A stretch of 64,000 nucleotides of DNA from Callorhinchus milii (lineage: Eukaryota): positions 7,876,001 to 7,940,000 of the forward strand of contig NW_024704742.1 in the NCBI RefSeq assembly GCF_018977255.1, read 5' to 3'. Positions 50,481-62,536 of the stretch are shown in pieces. How positions within the stretch are numbered: the first letter of the stretch is position 1; every line of letters starts with the position of its first letter. A model generated the notes under the pieces. It saw only the letters and a list, made by a program, of their open reading frames with translations. It was not told the origin of the DNA and did no database searches. A program made the translations under genes and the position numbers.

Positions 50481-51179
50481 TAGACTAAAACCTCAAGGCC
50501 TGATGTGGCCTTGTACACAAAACTCTCTGACCCAGAGGGGAGAGTGCAACCATCTGAACCGAAGTGGTTGCACTCTCTACTTAAGTTTCTATTCTTGTTA
50601 GACTCCCTGCACGGACGTCGGTGAATAAACCAGTAGGCAGTTCACTGGCCATAGTGCAACTACTATTGTGTTGCATTCTGAATAGGTAAAAGGTGCTAAA
50701 ATAATAATTTGGCTGAATAGAACAAATTAAAGGAAATAAAAGGATAAATGAAAGGAGATCACAAAACAAATGACAGAAGGAGGCACTCCTGCCATTCATG
50801 TCATCCTTCACAAAATATTAATTGTTTGAGTTTGTTGACAATAAGCAAGTTACTTTCTGCTCACAGCATGATAGAACAATCAAATCGTAGAACTATAAGA
50901 ATCGTTAGAAAGAGGCTATTCAGCCCATCAAATCTGCACTGGCTCTTAGAGCAAACTGTAGTTTCAATCCCACTGCCGTGCCCTCAATCCCAACCCCTTC
51001 AAGAACATAAGAATTGCTGGATGAAAGAAGACCAAGGTCCATCCAGTTCGCTTTCCACCATCATGTCAGTCGCTTGCACATGTCAGGACCTGGAGTATAT
51101 ATTGTATATACTAAATACGTTTGGTATGTAAGAGAATGAACCAGCCTAAAACACAATGATTTCAAACATGGTCCTTTAA

Positions 51180-53050
51180 CAACAACAATACAATTATAGG
51201 CCTTTCACATCGGGAGGACATCCCAAAGCACTGAACAGTCAGGTGTCGGGGACCGAGCATGGGGGAGCGACCATTTCCCCCCTGCTCGGGTCCCGACCCA
51301 ACTGTCCAGCACCTTGGGACATCCTTCCGACGTGAAAGGCGCTCTATAAATGCAACCTTGTTCTTGTTGTTGTTGTTGTTTAAGGTTGAGGGAAGGCAGA
51401 GAGGTGGGAGGGCGACAAAAGGCACAATCAAAGAGAAGGGTCTTGAGACCAGCCTTGGGGGCAAAGAGGCTGAAAGCCTGGCCACTGATAGTAGGGCGGG
51501 CCGGATGGGAGACATGAAGCAGACGGGAGCCCGCTGAACGGAGGGAGTGGGCAGGTTGGTAGGGAGTCAGAAGATCAGAGAGGTAGGAGGGGACAAGGCC
51601 ATGGATGGACTTGAAAGTGAGGACGAGGATTTTGAATTCGATCCTCTGGGGGATGGGGAGCCAGTGGAGTCGGGCGAGGGTGGGAGTGATGGGGACACGG
51701 AGCCTGGTGTGTGAGAGTACATGAGCTGCAGAGTTTTGGAATATCTGCAGCTTGTGAAGGGAGGAGTTGGGAAGGCCGATGAGGAGGGAGTTCCCGTAGT
51801 CGAGCCTTGATGTCATGAATGCGTGGGTGAGGGTTTGGGCAGCCTGAGGGGTGAGGCAGTGGCGGAGTCTGGCAATGTTGCGGAGGTGGTGGTAGGCAGT
51901 GCCGGTCATGGCACGGATGGAGGGGAGAAAGGACAGTTCATGGTCAAACAAGACCCCCAGGTTCCTGACTGGCTTAGTGAGGTTGAGTGTGCAGCCGTGG
52001 AGGCTGATGCTGCCAGTGCCTGAGGTGCGGAGACGCTGGCGCGAGCCAATTAGGAGGGCCTCGGTCTTGCTGACATTGAGTTGGAGAAAGTTGTTCCTCA
52101 TCCAGCACTTGATGTCGGACAGGCAGTCGGTCAGGACGCCAATAGTCCTGGATTTGAGGGTGGCAGAGAGATAGAGTTGGGTGTCATCCACATACATGTG
52201 GAAATTTATCCCATGTCTGCGGATGATGTCACTAAGGGGGAGCATGTAATAATAATAATAATAATAAATAATCCTTGCATTTGATTCACGTCTTCTTAGA
52301 CGTCTCAAAGCGCTTCACAGAATATACTGTAAAGTGAATTGACTGTATATTTGTGGGCGAACGCGGCAGCCAATTGCGCACAGCAATGTCCCACAAACAG
52401 TCGTGGATTGAAAATGACCAATTTATTATTGTTTGGTTTTTTTGGAGGGATTATTATTAGGCTCTGTGTGGAGTAAGGAAACTTGCCCAAGGTTTCGCCC
52501 TCTGCCTGGAGTTGAACTCAGGTCTATCGCTTGCAAAGCGAGTGCTCTAACCACTGAGCTACAGGACTCCAATGGTTCTCCAGAGACAATAAATAACTAA
52601 TAATAAGATTACATGGGATAGTTACTTTTTCTTTTAATTTGAAAAACGAGGTCCAAGATTAGATGTAGAGGGTGAAGAGGAGGGGACTGACAACAGAGCC
52701 CTGAGGGACACTGAACAAGATGGTGCCGGGGCTGGAGGAGAAGCCGTTTGCCACGACGAAGTGGAGGTGGTGTGAAAGGTAAGATCTGAACCAGTCAAGG
52801 GCAGAACCTTGGAGGTTGAGGTAGGAGGAGAGGCGGTGCAGGAGGATTGAGTGGTCCACAGTGTCAAAGGCGGCAGAGAGGTCGAGGAGGACGAGGAGAC
52901 AGAGGGAGCCCTGATCACACATGGTCAGGATGTCGTTTGTGACCTTGACCAGAGCAGTTTCCGTGCTGTGGGCAGCACAGAAACCCGATTCGAGGGGTTC
53001 ATGGAGGGAGTGAGAGGAGAGGAAAGAACGAAGCTGGGAGGTCAACGGCT
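51180..53050 (-). mobile_element. Older L2 (RT half), interrupted by a young L2 tail (about 51270-51380, +) and by a SINE plus extra DNA (52249-52662)
   Basis: Translations LEs[17 protein letters not shown] (52659..53114) and YVDDTQLY...LHWLP (51205..52308). Confidence 0.92.
52249..52571 (-). mobile_element. SINE family B, short form
   Basis: Complete head and (taa)n tail. Confidence 0.93.
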
Positions 53051-53419
53051 CTCTCAAGGACAAATAAGGAACATGGTTAGGGAGTCCTTTCCAGTTACCA
53101 GAAGTGTGCCACACATTATCAAGCTGACCTAAGGGAACTCCGCTCTGAAATTAGAGAGCACCCATAAGTTTACGTGGCATATTACTAGATTAATTCATTA
53201 AGGAATCCTGTTTGAAATTGCTGCATTGTAGACTCTCTTGTAGTATTTTTAAGCAGGTAAATCATGTGCTTAGGAAAATCTGCGCTTATAGAGAAAACAG
53301 TTGTCAGCAATGAAATAGCCATTAAGAGACTGGAGTACTTTGAAGGTTCATAAAGCACTGAGCCAAATGGAACACATGGGCAAGCACAAATACTGACACA
53401 AATTAGAGCAGAGATTTTC

Positions 53420-53700
53420 CAACGCTCATTGGAAGCAGGGCTGGAACTAGAAAACTGGAAGACAGCTAATATATTTCCAATCTTTAAAAAAAGGTCAGAA
53501 GTATCATAATGGGAATTACAGGCCTGTTAGGTTAACACATATAGTGGGAAATTACCAGAGTCCATTATAATGAGCAATTCAAGAATATCTGGCAGGCGTA
53601 AAGGCTATAAATCCAAGACAGTTTATCGAAGGAACATTGTACCTGGAATTCACTGAGGATGAAGCAGCGTCAGTGGATGAGATTCTCCAGAGGTAAGCCT
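53420..53700 (+). mobile_element. Old CR1 ORF2 internal fragment
   Basis: Translation WKTANIFPIFKK...GNYRPVRLTHIVGKL. Confidence 0.75.
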
Positions 53701-54212
53701 TTCACTGGAGGCAACCAGTGTGTAAAGTGCCTGGTATCCCCAGCTATCGATCTGACATGACTCTACTCTGACTCAGATCTTTCATTGCCTTGATAGTAAA
53801 GCAATTTGACCAGTACAGTACAATGCAATACAAATTTACACTTGCATAGCATCATTCACGGAGCCTTTCTTGTCAGAAAAGGAAGGCACAAAGCACTACA
53901 CAGGATATACTGTAAAGGTAGTGATTTTGTATTCTACAGGCTAAGGAAGGTCAATTATGAAACTATTGGAGTTTAGATCAATGCAACACGAAGAGAGTTC
54001 AAGAGAGAAAAATGGGGGGAAACAATATTCACGTCTTTAAAATCATGAAAAGAATCAGAGAGGCGGATGTAGGCACATTATCGTGGGAATACAGAAGGCA
54101 GCAACGAGAAATGGTTATCAAGTGAAAGCAACCTCAAGGTGAATGTAATAATAATAACAATAATCCTTGCATTTGATATAGCGCCTGTGGTACATCTTCC
54201 AGACGTCTCAAA

Positions 54213-54473
54213 GCAGGCAGGGCGAAACCTTGGGCAAGTTTCCTTACTCCACACAGAGCCTAATAATAATCCCTCCAAAACTAAAAACAATAATAAATTG
54301 GTCATTTTCAATCGACGACTGTTTGTGGGACATTGCTGTGCGCAATTGGCTGCCGCGTTCGCCCACAAATGTACAGTCAATTCACTTTACAGTGTGTTCT
54401 GTGAAGCGCTTTGGGACGTCCTCCCGACGTGAAAAGCGCTATATCAAATGCAAGGATTATTATTATTATTATT
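54213..54473 (+). mobile_element. SINE family B young form lacking most of the head; its (tta)n tail is the target of L2 copy 2
   Basis: Starts at caggcagggcgaaaccttgggc; the (tta)n tail continues after the L2 at 57882-57893. Confidence 0.9.
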
Positions 54474-57400
54474 GATCCACCTGACCGCTCGCTCCCGGTC
54501 CCCGCGTGCGCACTATGGCTGCCGCTTTGACCCGAGCCCCCTCACCCCCTCCCTCCCTCCCCCCTCCTCTCTCCCCCCAAACCCTCCCCCCTCTGCATCT
54601 CTCCCGCTCTCTCCTCCTCTCTCTCCGTCCCTCTCGTCTTCTATCCCCACTTGACCCTCCCACAACCTCCCTCTGTTCCAGTCTGGGAATCCTCCGCCGG
54701 GCTCACCGTGGCACTCGGCGTTGGCTGTCCAGCAGCAGCCACACCGACTGCCCCATTCCCCACCACTCTCGCCAGCCACCCCGGACACAGACCCGGGGAG
54801 TCAACCTCTCCTCCCTCATCCCCATCTCCCCCACCCCTGCCTCACAACCTGGACCCCCCTCCCCTCCCACACACCCTTCTGTCAACCGCTCCCTCCACAT
54901 CGGACTGCAAAATGTCCGCTCCCTCTGCAACAAGGCCCTGGTCATCAACGATCTCATCCTTGATGAGAACGTTGATATCATGGCCTTGACAGAAACGTGG
55001 CTCACCCCAGGCGACACCTTCCCCCTCACGGAGGCCACGCCACCCGGCTACACCTCCCACCACATCCCCCGCCCCAACCGCCGTGGCGGTGGTGTTGCCC
55101 TTATCTCAAGGACACCACTTGCCCTATCCCCCTACTCCACTGGCTCTTTCCCCTCCTTCGAGCACCTCACCCTCTCCCACCCCTCATTCCTCTCCCTTAA
55201 AATCCTCCTCCTCTACCGGCCCCCTAAAACCTCTCCCACCTTCATCTCTGACATTTCAACACTCCTCACATCTCTTTGCCTCTGCTCCGATCGCCTCATC
55301 ATCCTGGGCGACTTTAACCTACACTTCACCCCCTCCTGCTCCATCTCCACAGACTTCTCTTCCCTGCTCTCCTCACTCAACCTTTCCCTACACATAAACT
55401 CCCCCACTCACAGTCACGGCCACCCACTCGATTTGGTGATCACCCGGGGCCTCAGTGTCTCGGATGTCACTATTACCGACAAGGCCATCTCCGACCACTA
55501 CTTCATCTCCTTCACCACCTCCACCCCCCTCCCCACCTCCACCAGACCCACCACCATCTTCTACCGCCCTTGGAAGAAGTTACCCCCACAATCCCTAACC
55601 GATGCCTTGGAGTCCTCTGAACTCCTCTCCCTCTGGCCTTCAACCCTCACCGACCCCTCTTCTCCTCTCTCCCTCCTCCACAATATCCTCTCCTCCACAC
55701 TCGATACTCTTGCCCCCATCACTTCCCGCACTGTCTCCTACTCCCGCTCCTCCCCCTGGTACACCACCCACCTCCGCTCACTGAAATGCCAGGTGCGGGC
55801 TGCTGAGCGCACCTTTGTCAAATCCGGCTTAACGGTCCACCGACAAATCTGGCTGGACCTCCTCAAAATTTACCGCTCCACTCTAGCCTCGGCCAAGTCG
55901 TCCTTCTACTCCAGGATAATCCTGGAGGCGAAGAACAACCCCAGGCTACTGTTTTCCACCACATCCCGACTCCTCCGTCCCCCCCGCCACCCCGCGCAGG
56001 TCATCTCCTCCAACCTTCACTGCGAGGAGATGCTGGATTTCCTTGAATCCAAGATCAAGGGAATCCGCTCCGCGGTCACTTCCCCTCCAACTTCCACCCA
56101 CCACCCACCCCTTCCCTCCCACACTCCGACTCCTACCCATCCTCCCCTACACACCTTCGTACCCGTTTCCCCACCCTCTGTCACTGAACTCATCCTATCC
56201 CTAAAACCAACCACCTGCTCCCTTGACCCCATCCCCACTCCACTCCTTATCTCCCAGCTCCATTTTCTTGCCCACACATCACTGACATCATAAACCTGTC
56301 CCTCTCCTCTGGCTCTGTCCCCATTCCATTAAAAACTGCCATCATCACGCCCACCCTGAAAAAACCCTCCCTTGATGCGTCGCAGCTATCAAGCTACCGG
56401 CCCATCTCCAACCTCCCCTTTCTCTCCAAGGTCTTGGAAAGAGTTGTCGCCTCCCAACTGCGCTCTTTCCTCTCCACCCATTCTCTTTTTGAACCCCTTC
56501 AGTCAGGTTTCCGTGCTGCTCATAGCACAGAAACTGCCCTGGTCAAGGTCACCAATGATATCCTGACCATCTGTGACCAGGGCTCCCTCTGTCTCCTCGT
56601 CCTCCTCGACCTATCGGCAGCATTCGATACGGTCGACCACGCTATCCTACTCCACCGCTTGTCCTCCCACCTCAACCTTCAAGGCACTGTCCTTGAATGG
56701 TTTAGGTCGTACCTTTCTCACCGTCTTCACTTCGTCTCAACGAATGGCTTCTCCTCCACCCCCCGTACTGTCTCATGTGGTGTCCCTCAGGGCTCTGTCC
56801 TCGGTCCCCTCCTCTTCACCCTCTATATGCTCCCCCTTGGTGACATCATCCGCAAACATGGGGTTAACTTCCACATGTATGCGGATGACACCCAACTCTA
56901 CCTTTCCTCCTCTACTCTCAACTCCACGACCACCGATGTCCTGACAGCCTGCCTGTCCGACATCGAGTCCTGGACGAGAGACAACTTTCTTCAGCTCAAC
57001 GTGCGAAAAACCGAGGCCCTCCTGATTGGCTCACGTCAGCGCCTCCGCACCTCAGGCGCTGACACCATCAGCATCCAAGGCTGCACTCTCCACCTCTCAA
57101 AGCCAGTCAGGAACCTCGGCGTTTTGTTCGACCCTGAGCTGTCCTTTCTCCCTCACATCCGCACCACAACTGGCACCGCCTTCCATCACCTCCGGAATAT
57201 CGCCAGATTACGGCACTACCTCACCCCTCACGCTGCTGAAACCCTGGTTCACGCCTTTGTCACCTCAAGGCTGGACTATGGGAACTCTCTCCTCGCCGGC
57301 CTTCCCGCCACCTCCCTCCACAAGCTGCAGGTCATTCAGAACTCTGCAGCTCGTGTACTGTCCCGCACCAGGCTTCGGGACCACATCACTCCCACCCTCG

Positions 57401-57883
57401 CTCGCCTCCACTGGCTCCCCATCCCCCAGAGGATTGATTTCAAGATCCTCATCCTCACCTACAAGGCCATTCACGGCCTTGCTCCCTCCTACCTCTCCAA
57501 CCTACTATCCCCCTACCTACCTGCCCGTACCCTCCGTTCCTCTGGCTCCGGTCTGCTCCACGTCCCCCGCCCCAACCGCCCTACTATCGGTGGTCGGGCC
57601 TTCAGCCTCTCAGCCCCGAGGCTCTGGAACTCCATCCCCCAGTGCCTTCGCCTTGCTTCCTCCCTTTCCTCCTTCAAGGCCGGTCTCAAAACCTTTCTCT
57701 TTGACCGTGCCTTCAGCTCCCCTCTCGACTCTCTTCCTCCTCCTCGCTCCTCCCTTCCCTCCCCTCACCCTGACCATTTCCCCCCTGCTCGGGTCATGAC
57801 CCAACTGTGCAGCGCCTTGGGACGTCCTCCTGACGTGAAAGGCGCTCTATAAATGGAATCTTGTTGTTGTTGTTGTTGTTGTT
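54474..57883 (+). mobile_element. Young L2-clade LINE, copy 2, apparently full-length single-ORF element
   Basis: About 40-nt leader, cactATGG start at 54515, EN+RT, 3' stem-loop 57811-57846, (ttg)n tail. Confidence 0.95.
54515..57773 (+). pseudogene. L2 EN-RT ORF with two 1-bp C deletions (1086 aa if restored)
   Basis: gccc vs gcccc at 56270-56273 and ctcctccc vs ctccctccc at about 57749 relative to copy 1; 3259+2 nt = 1087 codons including the stop. Confidence 0.88.
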
Positions 57884-59486
57884 ATTATTATTAAAGCGTT
57901 CACATGATATAACAAAAAACAACAAAATTACATTTGTGAAGCGCCTTTCACGTTGGGAAGACTTCCCAAGGCACTGAACAGTCAGGGATCAGGACCCGAG
58001 CGTGGGGGTTGCAGGGTTGGGATGAGAGAGGGCAGAGAGCATAGGAGGGCGGTTGAAGGCACGGCCGAAAAGGAGGGTCTTGAAGGAGGCGATGTGAAGG
58101 GGTTGTGGGACAGAGTTCCAAAGGATGCAGAGAGGCTGGAAGCCCAGCAAAGTGAATTGACTGTATGTTTTGTGGGCGAGCACAGCAGCTTCCCACAAAC
58201 AGTCGTGGATTGAGTGACCAAATTATTATTATTACTTATTTGATTTTTATTTTTTGAAGATTTTATTACCCCCGGAAAAGCAATCCGCCAATCGACTAAC
58301 AACCGGGGTTCCTATTTACTGTTAGGTAATCAGAGGCATCAGAGATTGGAACTGATGTTTCATGTCAATGAAAAAAATGCATATAATCATCTGGATAGTA
58401 TGACATGATGTTTATAATTGGTGTTCAGACACAGTCACATTCAGGCTTAAACTATTGTAGAACATAAAATGTGAATATTACTAGTAATCCAGTTTATTTA
58501 GTCTAACGCAAAGAATAACCTTTTGATACTAAGCGTTGTGGCCTTATGACTAGTACCTGCTGCAGAGATTGCAATCTCAGTTGAGACGTTCAATAATGAA
58601 ATGACAATCTTTTGATTTAAAGGGAAATAGAAGGATACCAGCAAAGTGTCAAAGCAGGAGGACGGGCAAATGCTGGATGGATCCCTTGATGGCTCAGTGT
58701 TTAAAAGCATTACCTGGAATTATACTGATTCTTAACTGTACTGAGTTAACTGATCTGGCCTTGGCAGTACAATTTACTTCAGTGTCGCCAGTAATAAGAA
58801 AAGGAAAATGCAGCCAATTCAGCTAATAACCTCTGCTGTTGAGGGTAGGATCAGCCTTGGCTGTGATGGCTGTACACAGCTGAATACCTGCTGACTCACT
58901 CTACCCACTGTGTGAAAGGTCCTACACAAATGTAATGTTGGTGTTGTATTGGAGAGGACGATCAGGTACCAGTAGATTGCTAGCTCTTTCGTATTTCTTG
59001 TCTTTCTTTGTCTATTTGCTTATTTTAATCCTTTTCTGCCCCTATTGCAAGAGTATCATACATAATGATATATATATAAATATGTATGTGCATGTAAATA
59101 TTTATATATGCATTTTTCTCATGGGTTGTGTCTACCTTGATTTCTTCACCAAGATTTATTATTCATTTCTGCAGATAACAAAGCTAGGAATTCAGACAAA
59201 CTAGGAACCTTTATCGACAGAAAAAATTCGGGTGACTTCCCTCCTATCTTCTCATCCTCTCCTGAAGGGACTGATTCCTGTTGAGCACCAGATACATGAG
59301 CGTTAGTTACCCTATATGGCCTGATTCATATAGTCATTCTTCATGGAAGAGTTTCAGCAACTTCTTTGGCTGCATTCCAGATACAGTAAACCCAAGCTTA
59401 CCAGTCTCCAGGTTCTTGAATTCAAATCATTTAAAAAGAATTCCACAGAGCAAACATTTCAGTGGGCAAACACACATCTAGAATAA

Positions 59487-59790
59487 TAGAATCATAGAAT
59501 ATTACAGCACAGAAGGAGATCATTCAGCCCATCGTGCCTGTGCCGGCTCTTTGGAAGAGCTACCCAATCAGTCCCACTCCCCCGCTCTTTCCCCATATCC
59601 TTGCTAAATTTTCCTCTTCAAGTACCTATCCAATTCCCTTTTGAAAGTTGTTATTGAATCTGTTTCCACCACCCATTCAGGCAGTGCATTCCAGACCGTA
59701 ACCACTCGCTGTGTAAAAAAAATTCTCCTCATCTCCCCTTTGGTTCTTTTGCCAATTATCTTAAATCTATGTCTTCTAATTACTGACCCA
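59487..59790 (-). mobile_element. CR1 3' fragment, same family as 9891-12209
   Basis: atagaatcatagaat tail, cattcagcccatcg, gcattccagacc, ctgtgtaaaaaaa. Confidence 0.88.
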
Positions 59791-60174
59791 CCATCCAGTC
59801 AATGTAAACTCCCAACTCCCAGCTCTCCTTGTGCACCAATGCTGTGCTGAGGTCAGGGATATCAAATTTTACTCCCTTTGAATCCTGCGAGCAATAAAAT
59901 AGTTCACTCATTATCTTCTGCTCATGGGAGTCAAACAATTACAATGCAGGTAGCACATTGTAATTACACTTAGCACGAAACTCTGGCTCAGCTGACCAGA
60001 TCTCCCCCTCCCCCCATTAGTCCAGCTCGCTGGGGTTTTAGTGTAATTTAAAACCTTTCAAATCTTTTTTTTAACCCCTGAAATATTTTGTCATGGTTGA
60101 AAACAAGCTTCAAGACCAGTTTACTTGAAATAACAAGAGCTATATGGACGATGAAGACCCACCAGCACAATTAA

Positions 60175-60496
60175 TATAATAATAATCCTTGCATTTGATA
60201 TAGCGCTTTTCACGTCGGGAGGACGTCCTAAAGCGCTTCACAGAACACACTGTAAAGTGAATTGACTGTATATTTGTGGGCGAACGCGGCAGCCAATTGC
60301 GCACAGCAATGTCCCACAAACAGTCGTAGATTGAAAATGACCTTTTTTTATTATTGTTTTGGGTTTTGGAGGGATTATTGTTAGGCTCTGTGTGGAGTAA
60401 GGAAACTTGCCCAAGGTTTGGCCCTCTGCCTGGAATTGAACTCAGGTCTATCGCTTGCAAAGCGAGTGCTCTAACCACTGAGCTACAGGACTCCAC
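60175..60496 (-). mobile_element. SINE family B, young short form
   Basis: Near-identical to the other young copies. Confidence 0.95.
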
Positions 60497-60743
60497 GTAA
60501 TTGTTCTAGAATACCAACCTCTTCTCCTTACCACATTCAGAGTTTCTGAAATAAGATCAGTGTCCTGGCCTCTACCACTCTTTCTGATAACGAGATAATG
60601 AAGCACTTCGGCATGAAGGGCGCTATTTAAATGCAAGTTGTTGTTGTTGTAACCTGTTCCAGCTGTTGATTAGCCTATGTCTAAAGAAATACTCCCTGCT
60701 GTCTGCCCTAAATTTGCCATTCACACCCTGAATTTATGCCATT

Positions 60744-60937
60744 TTAACCCTTGAAAAATTAGCCAATGAAAAATACGGACTGAAGAATCACACAGTCACA
60801 TGAGGCATATGACCAGGTCAATCCTTGGCAAGAAAATTGTGTCAGAAAGTAGGAAGGAAATGTAACCAATGGTTTCCGTGTCAGCCACCCCAGTGATTGT
60901 ACAATACCTGACAAGTAAACCCAGTTCAAAGGGTTAA
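60744..60937. mobile_element. Possible piggyBac-type non-autonomous element
   Basis: TTAA-CCCTTGAA ... TTCAAAGGG-TTAA ends around 186 bp. Confidence 0.35.
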
Positions 60938-61859
60938 GCAAGCTGAAGGGATCATTAAAAATGGACCGATATTCAACCTTTTACTCTAACTAAATCACAA
61001 TAAATTTGATCATTCACTTTATGGCTGTTTGTGGGACATCATTGTGCACAAATTGGCTGCCACATTCACACACAAAACACACAGTCACTGCACTTCACAA
61101 TACATCCTGTGAAGTGCTTCGGGACATGCTCACACCATGAAAGGTGTGATACCATATGTAAGAATTATTATTATTACTGTTATTTTCACACCATGTTGTG
61201 TCTTCTTAATGGCTCCGAATGCTACTTATTTTTCTTATTGGAGATGTCTGTGCTCAATTATTCCAACCTATCTTTTAACAATGAGTAAATGTTACTTTTG
61301 AGAACTTGATGCCCATGTGTCAATCAGACTATTTTTGAAGTCAAAATGTATTTGGCAGATCAAACTGATGTGACTGGAGTACAAAAGCTCCCAGTTAGGA
61401 ATGAGCATCAGTGAATTGAATATTCAAAGTTATCCAATTTGGGCTAATTCGGATTAATTTGTGAAAACCTAAAATTACATGGAAAATGCCAAATTGCATT
61501 TGCAGCTGTCAGAAATCACATAGGCTCAGTGTCAAACAGTTCATCTGTAATTGGCTGTCAATTAATTGGCTAAATGATGATATTCATCTGGAAACGTTCA
61601 GTGAATTATTAGTGATCTCGCTTGAATTGGCTGGTATATAGACCAGGGGTCAACCTGGCTCAGTTGGTAGCACTCTCGCTCTGAGTGAGAAGGTTGTGAG
61701 TTCAAGCCTCACGTAGGGACTTGAACTCACATAGTCTGCGTTTCCCATATATATATCAGTTCCACATCTCTGTACTTATATAGTTTTTCATCATTGATAA
61801 GGGGTAAGATTGAAAGATCTTAAAATCTCATTGTTTTTCATGGTTCTGTGTGCTTGAAA

Positions 61860-62215
61860 TACAACAACAACTTGCACTTATTTAGATCCCTCCACGCAGA
61901 GTAGCGCTTAACAGTGGTGGAACCCCTGACTCCGAGCCAGGGACAAGTGGGGGGATGACTGTGAACACGGTCGAAGAGGAAGGTTTTCAGGAGGGACTTG
62001 AAAAGGGGAGAGGCGGGGGGAAGGCGGAGGGATTGAGGGAGAGTGTTCCTCAGTTTGGGGGCGTAGTGGCTGAAGGCGTGGCCTCTAATGGTGGGGCGGA
62101 GGGTGAGAGAGACAAGCAAGAGGCCGGTGCCAGTCGAGCGGAGGCACTGGGTGGTGGATTGGGGAGCGAGGAGGTCAGAGAAGGAGGGAGGTGCCAGAGA
62201 GTGAAGGGATTTGAA
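61860..62215 (-). mobile_element. Old L2 3' fragment
   Basis: Translation [10 protein letters not shown]...APKLRNTLPQSLR...LKTFLFD; caacaacaac tail. Confidence 0.88.
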
Positions 62216-62402
62216 ATAGTCAAAAAAAGACAAATTCATTTTCATTTTGACGCATAAAATAATTGTCCTTCAATAAAAGCTAAAGAGCAGGTCTCCAGCC
62301 TTGAAAAAACACATCTGGCTGAGTCCTTAAAACACTGTATAAAGCATGGCATCTTTGTGCTTGTTTGTGGCGTTAAAACAAATAAGCAACAGATATTCAT
62401 GA

Positions 62403-62536
62403 ACAAAACACAAAATACTGCAGCTGGTACTCCAGTTCTGACGAAGGGTCGTGGACCTGAAACGTTGACTCACTTTCCTTTCTCCATAGATGCTGCCTGA
62501 CTTGCTGAGCGTTCCCAGCTCTCTCTGTTTTTGTTT
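62403..62536 (+). mobile_element. Penelope-like element terminal-repeat fragment
   Basis: ctgacgaagggtc..gacctgaaacgtt...agatgctgcctgacttgctgag...ccagc, resembling from memory a repeat common in cartilaginous fishes. Confidence 0.7.
62434..62470 (+). ncRNA. Minimal type I hammerhead ribozyme motif
   Basis: agtt-CUGACGA-agggtc gtg gacct-GAAA-cg-UU-gact: catalytic core boxes, stem II, palindromic ACGU stem III, 4-bp stem I. Confidence 0.65.

Noticed and set aside
51205..52308. 367-aa ORF as a gene
   Set aside because: Chimera of a SINE tail (poly-Tyr), an old L2 RT C-terminus and an antisense L2 tail (poly-Gln)
44243..57804. Alternative-frame and antisense ORFs within the L2 copies (up to 271 aa)
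   Set aside because: Expected from the stop-poor, C-rich composition; their duplication merely reflects the two LINE copies
7920..60496. Recurrent short ORFs with motifs such as [15 protein letters not shown] and CKDYYYY
   Set aside because: Translations of SINE copies, not a protein family
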